Source of the DNA: Peribolospora baueri
Lineage: Eukaryota
Assembly: GCA_029717555.1 (NCBI GenBank)
Contig: JAMDHS010000012.1
Span: 186,001-250,000, forward strand
Direction of reading: 5' to 3'
DNA: 64,000 bases
Shown: positions 24,790 to 37,168 of the stretch, one piece after another
Numbering within the stretch: position 1 is the stretch's first letter
Layout of the letters: every line of letters starts with the position of its first letter
Notes under the pieces: model-generated
What the model saw: only the letters and a program-made list of their open reading frames with translations
Told to the model about the DNA's origin: nothing
Database searches by the model: none
Position numbers and translations under genes: made by a program

Positions 24790-27700
24790 TCAGAGCTCGT
24801 CGTCCGTGAAGACCTCCTCGCCGCGCTTCCTCCGCGCGATGCGGTCCTTGCGGGCCTTCCTCTGCTCGCTCGACGTGAGCTTCTTCTTCTTTTCTGCCTT
24901 GGCAACCTTGTTGCCAAGCGCGTCGAACGTGTCCTCCTCGTCGCCCTTCTTCTGGTCGATACGGGGCCCGGATCCTTGACCCTCGACCCAGTTGTGGCCG
25001 GAAGCGACGAGATGGCCCTGGTGGGGGGAATGAAAAAGGGAGGAAGAGGCGTCAGTGAACATTCATTATATATATATGATTAAACAGACTGCAGAGGGCG
25101 TCGGTCCACGCAAAGGATTGGACACTCACGTCCTTCATGCTCCAGACTTCCGTGCAGATGCTCTCGGAGAATTCGCGCGAGTGGGTGATGACGAGCACAC
25201 CACCCTCGAAGACCTTGAGGGACTCGATGAGCGCGGCGAGCGACTCACGGTCGAGGTAGTTCGTCGGCTCGTCAAGGCAGATGACGTGCGGCCTGCGCCA
25301 CGTAGCGGCGGCGAGGACGACCTTGACCTTTTGGCCTCCGGAGAGACCGCGCATGGTGTTGTGCGAGACGAACTCGGCCTCGAGACCAAAATCGGCGAAG
25401 TGCTTCTCGATCTCCTTGCGGACGAGCGGACGGAGGAGACCAAGGCGCTGGGCTTCCTTCGTGTCGATCTCCATGACCTTCTTCTCGAAACCGCGGGTGA
25501 TGAGCTCGTCACGGGACATCCAGATGTTCTCCGTGGACGAGAGACCCTTGAAGCTGATCTCGTAACGGTAGGACTGCTTCTCCTTCAGTCGGCCGACAAT
25601 GTCGTCGATGATGCGCTTCTGGCCCTCCACGATGACCGTGCCGCCTTCCTTCATCTTCTTCTCGTCCTCCTCGGTGACCTGGCGGTTGATCTTGGACAGC
25701 TCCTCGCGGTCCTCACCGGTCTGGTAACGCCAGATCATGTAGTCGAGCGGAGTCTTCTCGAGGTGGTGGTCGATGTGGTGGAAGGCGTGCTGGGCGACGT
25801 AGCCGATGACCAAGTTGGGGTGCTTCCACACCTCACCGCCCTTGTTCGGCTCCGTCTCGCCGACGAGCAGCTTGACGAGGGTCGACTTGCCGGAACCGTT
25901 GGGGCCAAGGACAGCGACACGGGAAGAGAGCGAGACCTGGAGGGTGACGTCGTACAGCTGCTGAACCTTGGACGTCGGGTACTGGAAGCCGACGTTGCGC
26001 ATCTTGAGCAATGACTTCTCCTTGGTCTTGACACCGTCAAGAAGGGGAGGGTCGGGGATCTTGAAGTGGTAGTCCTCGGCCGGCGAGAGCTCGTAGTAGG
26101 ACTTGGCCTCGGGGACGTGCTTGACGAAAGACTCGAGGTTGCCCGGGTAGCGCTTGACCTTGAAGTGGTTCAGGTGGAGCACGTCGGTGATAGTGTTGTT
26201 GAGGAAGCCAGAGTCGTGGGACACGATGATGGACGTGCATTGGGTGAGCGAGGTGAGATAATCCTCGAGCCACTTGACGTTGAGGACGTCAAGGTGGTTC
26301 GTGGGCTCGTCGAGGAGGAGAATGTCGGCCTTGAAGAGCATGGCGCGGGCGAGCGCGAGCTTCATCTTCCAACCGCCGGAGAGCGAGCCGATGGCGTGAG
26401 TTTGACGGTCGTCAGAGAAGCCGACGGACGCGAGCGTCTTGGCGACCTCTTCCTTGTCCGCCTGGATGCGCTTGTCGGAGACGACAAATTCGAAAACGGA
26501 GGTGTCCTCCTCGGAGCCGTCGATGTCGTGCTCGACGTAGAAGGTGCGGACCTCGTCGGGGGAAGGGAAACCCTCGACCTGGCCGTTGACGATGGCCCTC
26601 ATGAGCGTAGACTTGCCGGAGCCGTTGCGGCCACAGAGACCGTAGCGGTGACCACGCTTGAGGCGGAGGGTGGCCGTGTTGAGGAGAATCTTGGCGCCGT
26701 AGGCGAGGGAGAACTGGCAGTTGCAGAGGTCCTCACCCTCCTCCTCGTCATCAAAGGCCTCGACCTCGTCACCGGCGCTGCTCGCGCTCTTCTCGAGCAC
26801 CTGGCGGATGATGCCGTGGGCCTTGTGCGGGTCCTCGGGGGTGGCGAGGACGACGTACGGGCTGAGGGCCTGCTCCCACTCGGTCGCCTCGAAGTTGCGA
26901 GCCTGAGCAAGGTTGGCGGCCAAGGTGGCGATGTAGTGGACGAGGGTGGCGTCGACCTTGGAAGCGTCCAGACCGGCGTCCTTCATGGCGTTGTTGAACA
27001 GAGGGCCGGTGATCTTGGCATCGATGACCTTGGGAGGGGGGAGGTCGGTGCCGTCGCCGTCGATCTTGCCGACGGAGCGGAGGGTGGCGATGGCGCGGTT
27101 GACGACGCCACGGGCCTCGGGGTCAGCGACCGTGCTCTCAATCTTGATGAGACCGGGGAGAAGCTTGGGCAGGAAGGGGCGGACGGTGTGCTCGTTGTCG
27201 ACCAGCTTGGACATGTTGTCGATGATGACGGCGACCTTTCGCTTCGTGGCTGTCGGCCTCTCAGTAAGACCACGAGAGAGCAAGGGGGCCATGAGCGAGA
27301 GGGTGGGCGAGTCGACCTCCTGGACGAAGGTGGTAGCGGAGAGAAGCTGGATCGTCTTGGGAACCTCCTCGACGGGGTTGATGAGCGAGGAGATGAGAGC
27401 GGGGATGAACTTTTCAATGTCCTTGTTGGACACGAGAGCGCACGCCTTGGTGAGGGAGGCGCGAGCGGCCTTCTTGACGTCGGCCTTGGTGTCCCAGATG
27501 GCGTCGGAGAGAACGGGAATGATGTCGGGCATGCCGCGAGCGATCTGGTCGGCGGACGAGGTGATGAGCTGGTCGAAGACGTCGAGCGAGCCCGTCTTGA
27601 CCTGCCACTTGCCAGCCGTGGTGATCTGGTGGAGGAGCTTGGGGAGGATGGCCGGCGTGGTCCAGGGGCTGGCGATCTGAACGAAGCTGCGAACGGCGTC

Positions 27701-28093
27701 GGCGGCAGCCTGACGGGCGCCCGGCGTCTTGTCGGCGAAGGCCTCGAGGAGCTGGTCGAAGACCTTCTCGACGATGAAGGGCTCCACCTCGTGGCCGACG
27801 CCCTGCTCGCAGAGCGAGGAGATAAGCGCCGCGGCGCCCTCGCGGGCGGTGGCGTTCTTCTTGTCGTTGAGACCCTTTAGGATGGCGTCGGCGACGCCGA
27901 GGGTGGCGACGCCCGAAGGGCCGTTCACCTTGACGAAGTCGACGAGCTCCTGAACGGCGCCCTTGTCGGCCGACTCGATGATTTTGGTGACGTCGATCTG
28001 GGCCGCGGCGGCGTCGCCGCCGGCGCCAGACTTGACGTCCTTGGCGGGGACGGTGGCGGGGGTACCAGCAGAAGCGAGGGCAGCAGGGGCCAT
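24790..28093 (-). CDS. TEF3: fungal translation elongation factor 3 (EF-3, ABC-F)
   Basis: HEAT-like N-terminus, two ABC cassettes (GRNGSGKST, LSGGW, LLDEPTNHLD; GPNGSGKST, LSGGQKVK, LDEPTNYLD) and a basic tail. One intron (25018-25129). About 1063 aa with strong GC3 codon bias. Confidence 0.97.
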
Positions 28094-30919
28094 GTCTGTA
28101 TTTCTGGAAGCCAGGAAGAGAGGGGAGAAGAGCAGTGGAAGGAGGTGCGGAAAAGAGAGGAAGGGAGGAAGGATGATTGGTGGCGTAGGTGAGTGAGGGT
28201 GGGGGTGGGGGGCGTGAAGGGCGAAGGCGGAAGGAGGGAAAAGGGAGAGAGAAAAAAATTCAGTCGGTGCCCTGGAGGTGCGGAAAAGAGCGGCGGGAGG
28301 CGGTCGGCGGCCAAAAAATTTGGGAGGCGTTTGCCACTCACCCGTGTATCTAGCGGAGAGAATAAGTTTGTTCGAGACTTGTCTAGTCTAAGAGGAGCGT
28401 TACGACGAGGGTAGAGAGACGGTGGCGAAGACGAGTGGGATGCCGTGCGTGGGTAGATAGAGGACGGGTAGGTGGTGCCTGCCTGAGGAGGTCGTCGAGG
28501 GAGACCGAAAGGGAGACGGTGGCGTGGGTGGAGGGAAGAGCGAAGAGGTATGCTCTATGATCCTTTTTAAGAGTCTACTGGGTGGCGAACGAGGCCAACA
28601 AAGAAAGACGGCGACGAAAGCGGTGGGGAGGGGATGGGGATGGTGGGAGGGTGAGGAGGAGGAGATGGTGGTCCGCTCCCAAGGCCCCCTGTCTTCCGCG
28701 CGCCTTTTCTACTCCCCACCGCCTAAGCCGTGCCCTGCCCTCCGACCCGACGCCACCGCGCCCGACCGCAGTTTTTTCTCGCCTTTGGGCCTCCGTCCCT
28801 CCGTCCCTCTCGTCCCTCTCTCTGCCTATTTCCTTTCCTGGCCTCCTCTGCTTGCCCCTTTCTTGCCCTCTCTCCCTCCCCATTCGAGCCCGCCTTCGCT
28901 CCCTCCCTGCGCTTCCGTCTGAGCCTCGCCGAGTGTCCGCTCCGGGTGTGAGTGGAGGAAGGAGTGCCACACACATCTTCCACCTATACCATACCGTCTC
29001 GTCTCCTGGCGAAGCAAGCAAGCAAGCGACCGTACTTTCTTTCACTGCACCGGGTGGGGATGGGAAGCATAGCGTTCATGTTGTCCTACGCTGGCCGGCG
29101 GTACCGTCAACGCAAACGAACGGGACGGCGACCGGCTCGGGCAGGCTGTCAAGTGCCTGGGGAGGCGTCGTCTTCAAAAGCGGGGGGTGCTCTGACCGCG
29201 TTGAGACAGACCAGACAAGACAAGAAAGGAAAACGAGTTGCCTGGAGCTGTCCGTCCGCGAGGGCACGGCATGAGACTTGATGAGACTGGGGCCGCGGGC
29301 CTTCCGAGGGAGGCGGCGTGAAATTTGTCTACCGGGCCAAGATGGCGGGCGCGGCTGAGGTCGGAGGAAAGGCAATCGTTGGTTTCACTTTGGCTTTTAC
29401 TTCACTTTCACTTTCACTTTCATTGCCCCTTTTGGACACCTCAGACGCGCCCTCGGCCTCGCCCAACTGCTTACCGACCGTCGCCACCTGATCCGTCGGA
29501 ATGTCTCGACCCGACCACACGCCCGCCCATGTGCCCGCCCATGTGCCCCCTTCTTCTGACACAGCAACTGCAACATGGATCGGACGTCGCCCGACGCGCG
29601 TGCTTACCTAACCTACTCAAAAAAAAAAAACTCGGCGGCGGGCGCCACAATAGCGAGCGTTGCCGTGTCGTATCGGCTCGGCTCCTTTTACGCTGTCCCC
29701 GTCGCCGCCACCGCACCCGTACCTACAACCAGACATGTGGCGAGCTCGCTCCGCCCGCATTCGGATGGTATGGGAAGCCAGTCTTCTTTCCGTTCGTCCC
29801 CAGGTGGTGGGGAAGGAAGGATGGAAGGATGGATGGATGGATGGATGGAGTGTCCAAAGGCGAGCGGAACGAGTGGTGGCAAAGGACGACGACGAGGACG
29901 AGCGAGCAAGCGAGCGAGTGGGCGCAGTTCGTTCTTGTGTGTTCGCCATCCAAATCCAAATATCCAAATGACAGTGTAAGCAGGGTCGCCTCCAGCCAGC
30001 CCATGCGAGGCATCACACGATACAGTATCGGACTTGGATTTCGAGAATGCGAACAGACGAGCGAGCGAGCGCATCGTCAGTCAGTCTGGCAAGGCTCGAT
30101 CGAGTGCGTAGGACAATGGAAGCGGGAAAAAAGCAAAGCAAAGGGGCAAACGCCGTGCCAACATCAAATTCCAACGAACGACACATGGCGCGGGCGAAAG
30201 AAAGGAAGGAAGGAAGGAAGGAAAGAGTGTGCACATCATACAAAGAAACGGGAGTGAAGCCGGGAGTGAAGGGAGGGGAACAACCAAAGAACCGAAGTCA
30301 GGGGCGCGGATGGATCTGAATCTAGATCGAGGGCGAATGAAGACGAAAAGATGGAGAGGGAACAGAAGGAAAAAAAAGATGCTGCGACCGATAAAAGCTT
30401 TTTAAAAGAAAAAGGAAAGAAAGCGGGGACCGGGAGGCGAGAGTCGGGAGGGAGTACGACGAGACGGGACGAGAGTGACGACACGGGACGGAAGGGCGAT
30501 GGAAAGCTACAGGTGACGGAATACGAGGGGAGAGGGACACATACACAGACACAGAGACCCGGGTTGGATGGACGGATGGAAGGAAGGGTGCGAGAAGGTC
30601 GTCTGGGACGTGTGACGATAACAAAGAAAGCGAGCCTTCGATCTCTATCTATTGCTATCGACGGGCCGAGAGAGGGAGGGAGGGAGGGGAAGGAAGACGG
30701 GGAGGGAAAAAAGATAAGGAACTTTGGAAGGGAAGGAATGTGAGGTCTCGCGAAGAGATAGAACGAACGGACAGAGGGATATGCAACGAAAGCGAGGACG
30801 AATCGAGAGAAAAGAGGGAAAAAAGACGGTAGGAGGAAGAGGAGCAAGGTAAAGGCCAATGGACGGCCCACGTCCGCACGAGCAAACGCGACTTTGGCCG
30901 TACCTCATCCCCGCTCGGC

Positions 30920-33575
30920 TCACAGCGCCTGCCCCGGAGACGGCTCATGCATCAGCGCCAGACCGTCCGAGTCCCTCCTGGGATGGGCCGACCACTCGCC
31001 CCCGCCCCCGCCCCCGCCACCATCCGCGCTTTCGCCGCCTTCGGCCGACGGGATGCGAGGGGAGGAGGAAAGATGGGAAGAGGGGACCTCGGATCTGCGC
31101 TTTTCACCGCCCGCGCCCGTGTCGGCGGCCTCGACGGCCATCTGCCCGTACGGATACGCCTCGGTATCCTTCTCGTACGCCGCCGACGCCTTCTCGGGAG
31201 CGAGGGAGCGGCGGTAGAGGAGGACGCCATAGAAGAGGTCCCAGAAGGTGTTGAAGATGATCACGACGAGCACGATGCTCTGCACCGCCAGGAGCACAAA
31301 GCCGATGATGGCGCGCGGTAGGGGGCGCACGCCGACAGTGTCGACGAAAGCGATGCAGATACCCCAGGTGGCCATGCGGGCAAAGATGAGGAAGAGCATC
31401 AACGCATCCGACCGCCTGTCTCGTCCCGGCCGGCAGACGATCCAGGCGATGAAGAGGAGCGCCTCGACGACGAGACAGCCGATCACCTGGCGCAAGGCGT
31501 ATGCCTGGGCAAAGGCGATGAAGCAGGCGCGGATGAAGGCGGCGAGGAGGAGGACGGCGACGAACCAGTAGTATTTGGGCCGGAAGGGGTGAGATAGACC
31601 ACCCCAACGCTTGACGAGCAAGCTCGACTCTGCGGGCGGGGCGACCTTCTTGTCGTGATAAAGGGCGGCGGCGCCAAACCTGTGTGCGCTGCGCACGACG
31701 GGGAAGGCGAAGAGAGCAGAGGTGGCCAACAGGAAGGCGAGCAAGACGGCGGCCAGAAAGATGGACAGCCACGAGTCGTGCACGGTGAATTGATAGAAGA
31801 TGAAGATGAGGAAGGGAGGGTAGGCGACAAGCACGAGCCGGGCGAGGTAGGTCAAGGTGAACGCGCCAAACTCTTTCGGTCTGGAGAACCTCTCGGCCCA
31901 CCGCGCCAAGTCGCCTGCCAAGCCCGGCTGGGTCCGCTTGCCTGTCGTCCCGGCGGCGATCGCACGGACAACGACGTAGATGAGGGCGAAGAGACCGACG
32001 CCGAGGGCGAGGAGCATGAGGAAGGTGATGAGCACGGTGAGGAAAGCGTTGGTGGGGGCAATATGGAGGCGGGAGGTGAAGGTGGGAATACCAGCCGGAA
32101 TGGTGCCATTCTCAGAAACGACCGGGATGGAGGACGTGTTGCCGATCAACCCGTTGGAGCCGATCCCGATCGAGTTACCCAGGCCGCTGGAAAGCGAGAG
32201 GGGCTTGTGGGGCGTGAAGGCAAACGACTTTGCCATAAAATCGACGGGATGGGAACCCCCGCCTTTGCCCTCGCTCGCCATCGCGGCGAAGCTCAACCCG
32301 GAAGGGCCGCCGGATGCGAAAGAGGGGGAAGCTCCAGAGCCTAGGTTGTAAGGGCTGAACTTGCGGTTTGAGTAGGCGTTGGGATCGTACAAGCTGGCAT
32401 CGCTGGCGTTGCCGCCGGTGGCGTTGCGCGTGGAGTCTATGGAATGTTGTATGCTGGGGATGTCGAGCAAGCCGAGGAACCAGCCAAAATTGGCAGCGAA
32501 CTCTTGGTAAACGACGGGGTAGTTGAGGGACAGCAAAGAGGTCGCGGCGACGTGTTGAAGGTACCAGAGCACGTCGACGATGCGCCATTGCGCTGCGCCG
32601 TTGGATCGAGGGAGCATGGCGTGAAGGAGAGAGGAGACGAGGGCGACGAGGGCGAGAGCGGCCATGCCCCATGACACTGCGTTCTTGCGGACGGTGTGGC
32701 CGTTGGAGAGCGTGGTCTGCATGCACGCTGCGATCTCGCCGGTGTCTGTGCGTAAGAGCTCGACCCGTGCGACGGCCTCGAGATCGGGCACAGTGTAGGC
32801 CAGCGAGGGAATCTTGTCGGCAAACTCGGCGGGCACATTGAAGTATCCGGAGCCTTGGAGAGAGAGATAGATGGATGGATGGATGGAATGAGTGCTCGAG
32901 CTGCTCGGTCCGGTCGTCACGAGGCACGCATAGAAAGAGCAGCAGCTTCGTCCCTCGTCGGCGTCGGCATGGGCGACTCACCGGCAAAGTTGGCCTGAGG
33001 CAGCGGACAGAGCGCCCCGCCGGCGACAGTGCAGAGGTCGACGGTCATGTTGACGGCATCGATGCCGTACGCGTTGAGGAAGATGTTGACATCGACGTTC
33101 AAGTTTTCTTCTACCGAGGCGGCGATGATGTCGAAGGTGACGGTCTCATTCTGGCGGTAGTAGTGCAGATCGAAGCGGTCTACGAGGATGGCCTGCTGTG
33201 GGGAGCACAAGGTGGTCGAGGAGGTGTCTGCATGGTGAGCGCGATGAGGCGATGGGACGAGAAGGGCGAGAAAGAAAAGGAAGAAGAGGGGGAGGGGGCA
33301 AAGGTGTCCGTCCGTCCGTCAACGTCACCGCACCGCGATCGGAGGGACGAGCTAGCTCGGCCGGCGGTCCAACGTGGCACGAGCCGTCGACGACAAGACT
33401 CACATAGCTGGCCGCTCTGGGACGCAGCATCGGCGAACGGCGGCAAGGAAGCGAGAAGAGCGGTAGCAGAAGCATAGGCGAGGGTCGACGTCCACGAGCG
33501 TCTTGATCTCGCCCCTGAGCCGCCACTGGCCCTTCGACGACGGAGGCCGCCGGAAGACGACCGATCGGACGGCAT
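30920..33575 (-). CDS. FLC/Pkd2-type flavin carrier / TRP-like membrane protein
   Basis: Hydrophobic leader, ML-like lumenal domain (YTSSTTLCSP, LNAYG, LCPLP, ACMQTTLSNG), then LSLNYPVVYQEFAANFGW and multiple TM segments (RWGGLSHPFRPKYYWF). Two introns near the 5' end. Confidence 0.88.
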
Positions 33576-34218
33576 GGGCGGCGGTGGTGGTGGTGGTGGT
33601 CGCCGGTGGTGGTGGTGGTGCGGAAACAACGACCGAGCGGGAGGAGAATCGGCGACAGGAGGACGGGAAAGAGGAAGCGTAAAGTGCAGTGAATATGGTC
33701 CGTCCGAACCGAACCTTGATCGCCCGTCGTCGGGATCTCGATGGGAAGGGTGTTTCAGAAGGGGAGGACGGTAGGAGTCGCGTGGCGGGTGCCGCGCTCG
33801 CAGGGCCTCCTTCCGTTCTTTCTCTTATGGGACTGGGGCAAAGGGGAACGGGAGGGGGAGGGGGCGAGGAGAGGTGGAATGAGGAGGGGGATGGTCGTAG
33901 AAAGGAAGATGACGACGAGGGCCGAAAGGAGGGAGGGAGGAAAAAAAGGAGAGAGAGGATCAAGATCGAAAAGCTAAGAACGGCATCGATCTCCCTCTCC
34001 CGTCCTTCCGCCTGTCTTTCTCCCTTTCATTTCATCTTTCTTCCCAGTCAGTCCTCTTGTCTTGTATCTCTGTGCCCTTTGGAACATTGCTCGCAAGCGA
34101 CGACGACGACAATGGGTGGACAGCTCGCCTGCCCCTTTCATTCATCCTTTCCATTGTCCTGGTCGAGCGAGCGCGACGACGCGACGACGACGACGAGCAA
34201 CGGACGAACGAAGGGAGG

Positions 34219-34252
34219 CTCGACTCGACTCGACTCGACTCGACTCGACTCG
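34219..34252. repeat. (CTCGA)n pentanucleotide microsatellite
   Basis: Six perfect copies plus a partial copy; a degenerate array recurs at about 34708-34760. Confidence 0.9.
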
Positions 34253-35099
34253 TCTTGTTTGGCTCGACAGCACATCAACCGGAGGCACGTCAGGGTAAGC
34301 AAGCGCGAAGAGTGGCCAATTCCCGCCCATCCATCCAACCGACCCATCCATTCTCGAGGCAAATAGATGGCTGGCCGGAGTCGCACTACGTAGATAGCGC
34401 CCAACGTGGATTCGCGCTTGCCATCCCGGTCGTCATCATATCGACATCATCCTTGCGCTCGCGGGACCGAGCCGAACGAAGACATCGAGAAAGAAAGAAA
34501 GAAAGAAAGAAAGGCTGAGCGGAGGCACGCGATGCCGCCAAGAAGAGTGAAGACGAGGATAGATGGACGACCAACTAACAGCACCGCCGCGATCCAAGCC
34601 TCTCACCTCACGCCTATCTCCCTCCGAGCCGGCACCGTCCGTGCCACACCACGGCATCGGACACAGCACAGCACCCATCTTGCCCGCTCCCCTCCACCTC
34701 CACCACCTCGACCTACTCTACTCGACTCGACTCAACTCGACTCAGACTCGACTCGACTCGCCAAGCCGTCCCGGCCCGTCGTCGTCCGCCGGCCGAACTC
34801 GGCCCGCTCCCTAAATTCGTTCATGACGACGTCGGCTGCGGAACGAAAGCTTACGTACGCATCGATGCATCGATCAAGTTGCCGCAGCCAAGGAACTTGG
34901 GAGAGGACCCGACCCAGCTGCGCAGTGTGTTCGCGTCCGGCGACTGCGGCTCGTGGGATGACCAGACTGCAGAGATTTTCCTTCTTTCCCTCGAGCCGGT
35001 GCGCTTCAGCAGCAGCGCCCGCTCGCCCGCCCGCGCACGAGTTCTTCTCGCTCCCCCTCTCCTCCACCAAGGCTCCTTCATCTCAAGACCCTGCCGAGA

Positions 35100-35747
35100 A
35101 TGGTGAGAACGGACGCGCCGACCCTCTTTTTTTTTTCTTTACTCCCTTCTTTCGCCGGCACTGCGAGCATGGCCTCGCGGTGGGCGGCTGGGCTCCGTGG
35201 AGGTGGTCCGGAGGGTGGGAATAGATAGCTCGCGACGCCTTGATCGTGGATGGATGGATAAACGGAGCTGGCGAGGAGCGGAGCTGAGCGTGATCAAGGA
35301 TGCGGCCGCTGACATACGACCCTCTCTCGTATGCGCACTTTTTTTATTTTCTTTTCTATCCTTTCGCCTCATCCCCATCCCTTCTGTTCAGCCGTCCCAC
35401 AAGAGTTTCCGCACCAAGCAGATCTTGGCCAAGGCCCAGCGCCAGAACAGGTGAGCGGCGGCGCGGACGCCATCCGATAGTTTTTGGGCTGCACCGTCTC
35501 GTCGCCCTCGTCGATTGTGCGCTCACGACGATGTGACTTTTCTTGCCTCGTTGTCTGACAGGCCCATCCCCAACTGGTTCCGCCTGAAGACGGACACCAA
35601 GATCCAGTACAACGCGAAGAGGGTGAGCTAGCGGCGCGATTGGAGTGGTAGGAGTGGAAGGAGGTCGTCAAACGGATGCTCAGTCGTCGTCGCTCCCACC
35701 GTCTTCATCCACAGCGTCACTGGAGGCGGACTAAGCTCAACATCTAA
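35100..35747 (+). CDS. RPL39: 60S ribosomal protein L39 (eL39), 4 exons
   Basis: Exons 35100-35102 (ATG only), 35392-35450, 35562-35622 and 35715-35747 give [51 protein letters not shown]. All introns are GT-AG. The ORF track misses this gene. Confidence 0.96.
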
Positions 35748-36147
35748 GGGTTCTCTCCCTCGATTCGGTCGTTGCGCTTTCCCACCGTTATCCTTTCCTC
35801 CCCTCCTCTCCCCGCTCCGGTCCCGGACGCCCTATGGCGACTCCCGCACGGTTATGAGCTCGAGACGCGTCATGCAACCCTCGTCCTTCCTTCCTCCCAT
35901 CCTCCATGCCGACCGTCGAGCTTTCCGCTCTAGACGTTTTTGCAAACTAAAAAACAAAAAAATTCCCCGTGTTAACGGCGTGAATGGATTCATGTTGAGC
36001 TCCAAGTCGTCTCTGTTCGTCCGTCCGTTCGTCAGCGGGTTACGAGGGAAGGAGAGAAACAGCAGGACGGGGGTGATAGATGAATTTTTCTTTTGTCGAA
36101 AATGGGAAGCGGCGGTGTGAGGCGACGAGAGGGGCGCATCTCGACTC

Positions 36148-36532
36148 TTCCTAACCCACAGCAGGTTGAAAAGCGCTAGCGAAAGTGAGTATGAAGAGCG
36201 CGCAAGCAAGCGGACTCTTCCTCACGAGTTAGCGGAGTCCCTAGTAAGTTAAGCATTGCTGAACCCAAATGACTACCGAGCGGGTCGAGGCATAGCCGTC
36301 TTGTAGCAACTTCCTGGTGTATTGAACAGGTGTGTGCTCGCTCGGCGTTACAATCTGGCCCGGCTAAGCATTTGACTCAGGGGGGGCACCCTATAAAAGC
36401 GTCGTCAAAAGCCTGAGCCTGGAAAAAAAAAAAAAAAAAAAAAAATTCCTAGTCAGGCTTGAACTATTCCTTCTTCTGCCTTTGCATCAGCTCGGTTTTG
36501 TGTAGCGTTTAGCGTTGTGCCAGGGGGAATGG
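36148..36532. other. hairpin-rich non-coding island with an A23 tract (unidentified ncRNA or retroposed relic)
   Basis: Several inverted repeats, an A23 run at 36423-36445, and TTCCTA at both 36148 and 36446. I recognise no RNA family motif. Confidence 0.3.
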
Positions 36533-37168
36533 ATGTCAGATGTTGTGGATGTGCATGATTGCCGATGGCTAGACGAACGAAGACGAGAGGGAAGGGCCGG
36601 GGTGTCTGTCTTGTCGGTCTGTCCGACGAACGGACCGAGTGTCGCCGCTGGCTTTGCTTTGCTTTGCTTTGCTTGGTTGCTTGGTTGCTTGCTTGGCTTT
36701 GTTGCTATTTGGGTCCTCGAGAGGTGCGTCCGTGGCTCGAAGGGACCGATGGAGATATTTCAGACTGGCGCGGACAGACAGACAGACATCACAGACAGAC
36801 GTGACATGACGTGGCGTGACAGACATGACAGACGGGCGTCGAAGGCGCGTGCGCGCGCAAGACAGAGGAAGAGACGCCGAGGAGAAAGAAAGAAACAAGA
36901 AACAAGAAAACAAACAAGGTGGGAGTGAAAATGAAAAGAGAAAAGACGAGACGAGGCCGACGGACGGAAGTGGAAAGAAGGAAAGGAAGGAAGGAAGGAC
37001 CGACGGGGGAACGGAAAAGAACATAAAAGAACACAAAAAAGGTAAAAAAAAATAAAAAATAAAAAATAAAAAAAGGCCAAAAAGGTGGAGATGAACAAGT
37101 CTATCTAACGATCGAATCGGGCCACATCTACAAAGTCTCTGCCAAGGCAGGCTCTCTTCTCGCCGCCT

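Noticed and set aside
25055..27880. Long + strand ORFs (319 aa and 604 aa) opposite TEF3
   Set aside because: Antisense shadows of a strongly GC3-biased gene. The same applies to ORFs opposite tubulin, FLC, LTA4H and NAP1.
28400..30900. Many overlapping ORFs between TEF3 and FLC
   Set aside because: Low-complexity translations of microsatellites with no recognisable motifs.
35100..35747. RPL39 as a marker of a mating-type locus
   Set aside because: RPL39 is MAT-linked in Cryptococcus, but I saw no pheromone, STE3, STE20 or homeodomain gene here.
36370..36395. GGGTGCC..CTGAG on the minus strand, resembling a TPP riboswitch 5' part
   Set aside because: The downstream conserved aptamer elements are missing and there is no thiamine gene nearby.
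36446..36500. tRNA B-box-like GTTCAAGCC (minus strand) and U5-like GCCTTTGC
   Set aside because: No cloverleaf or T-stem forms, and the invariant U5 loop GCCTTTTAC is not matched.
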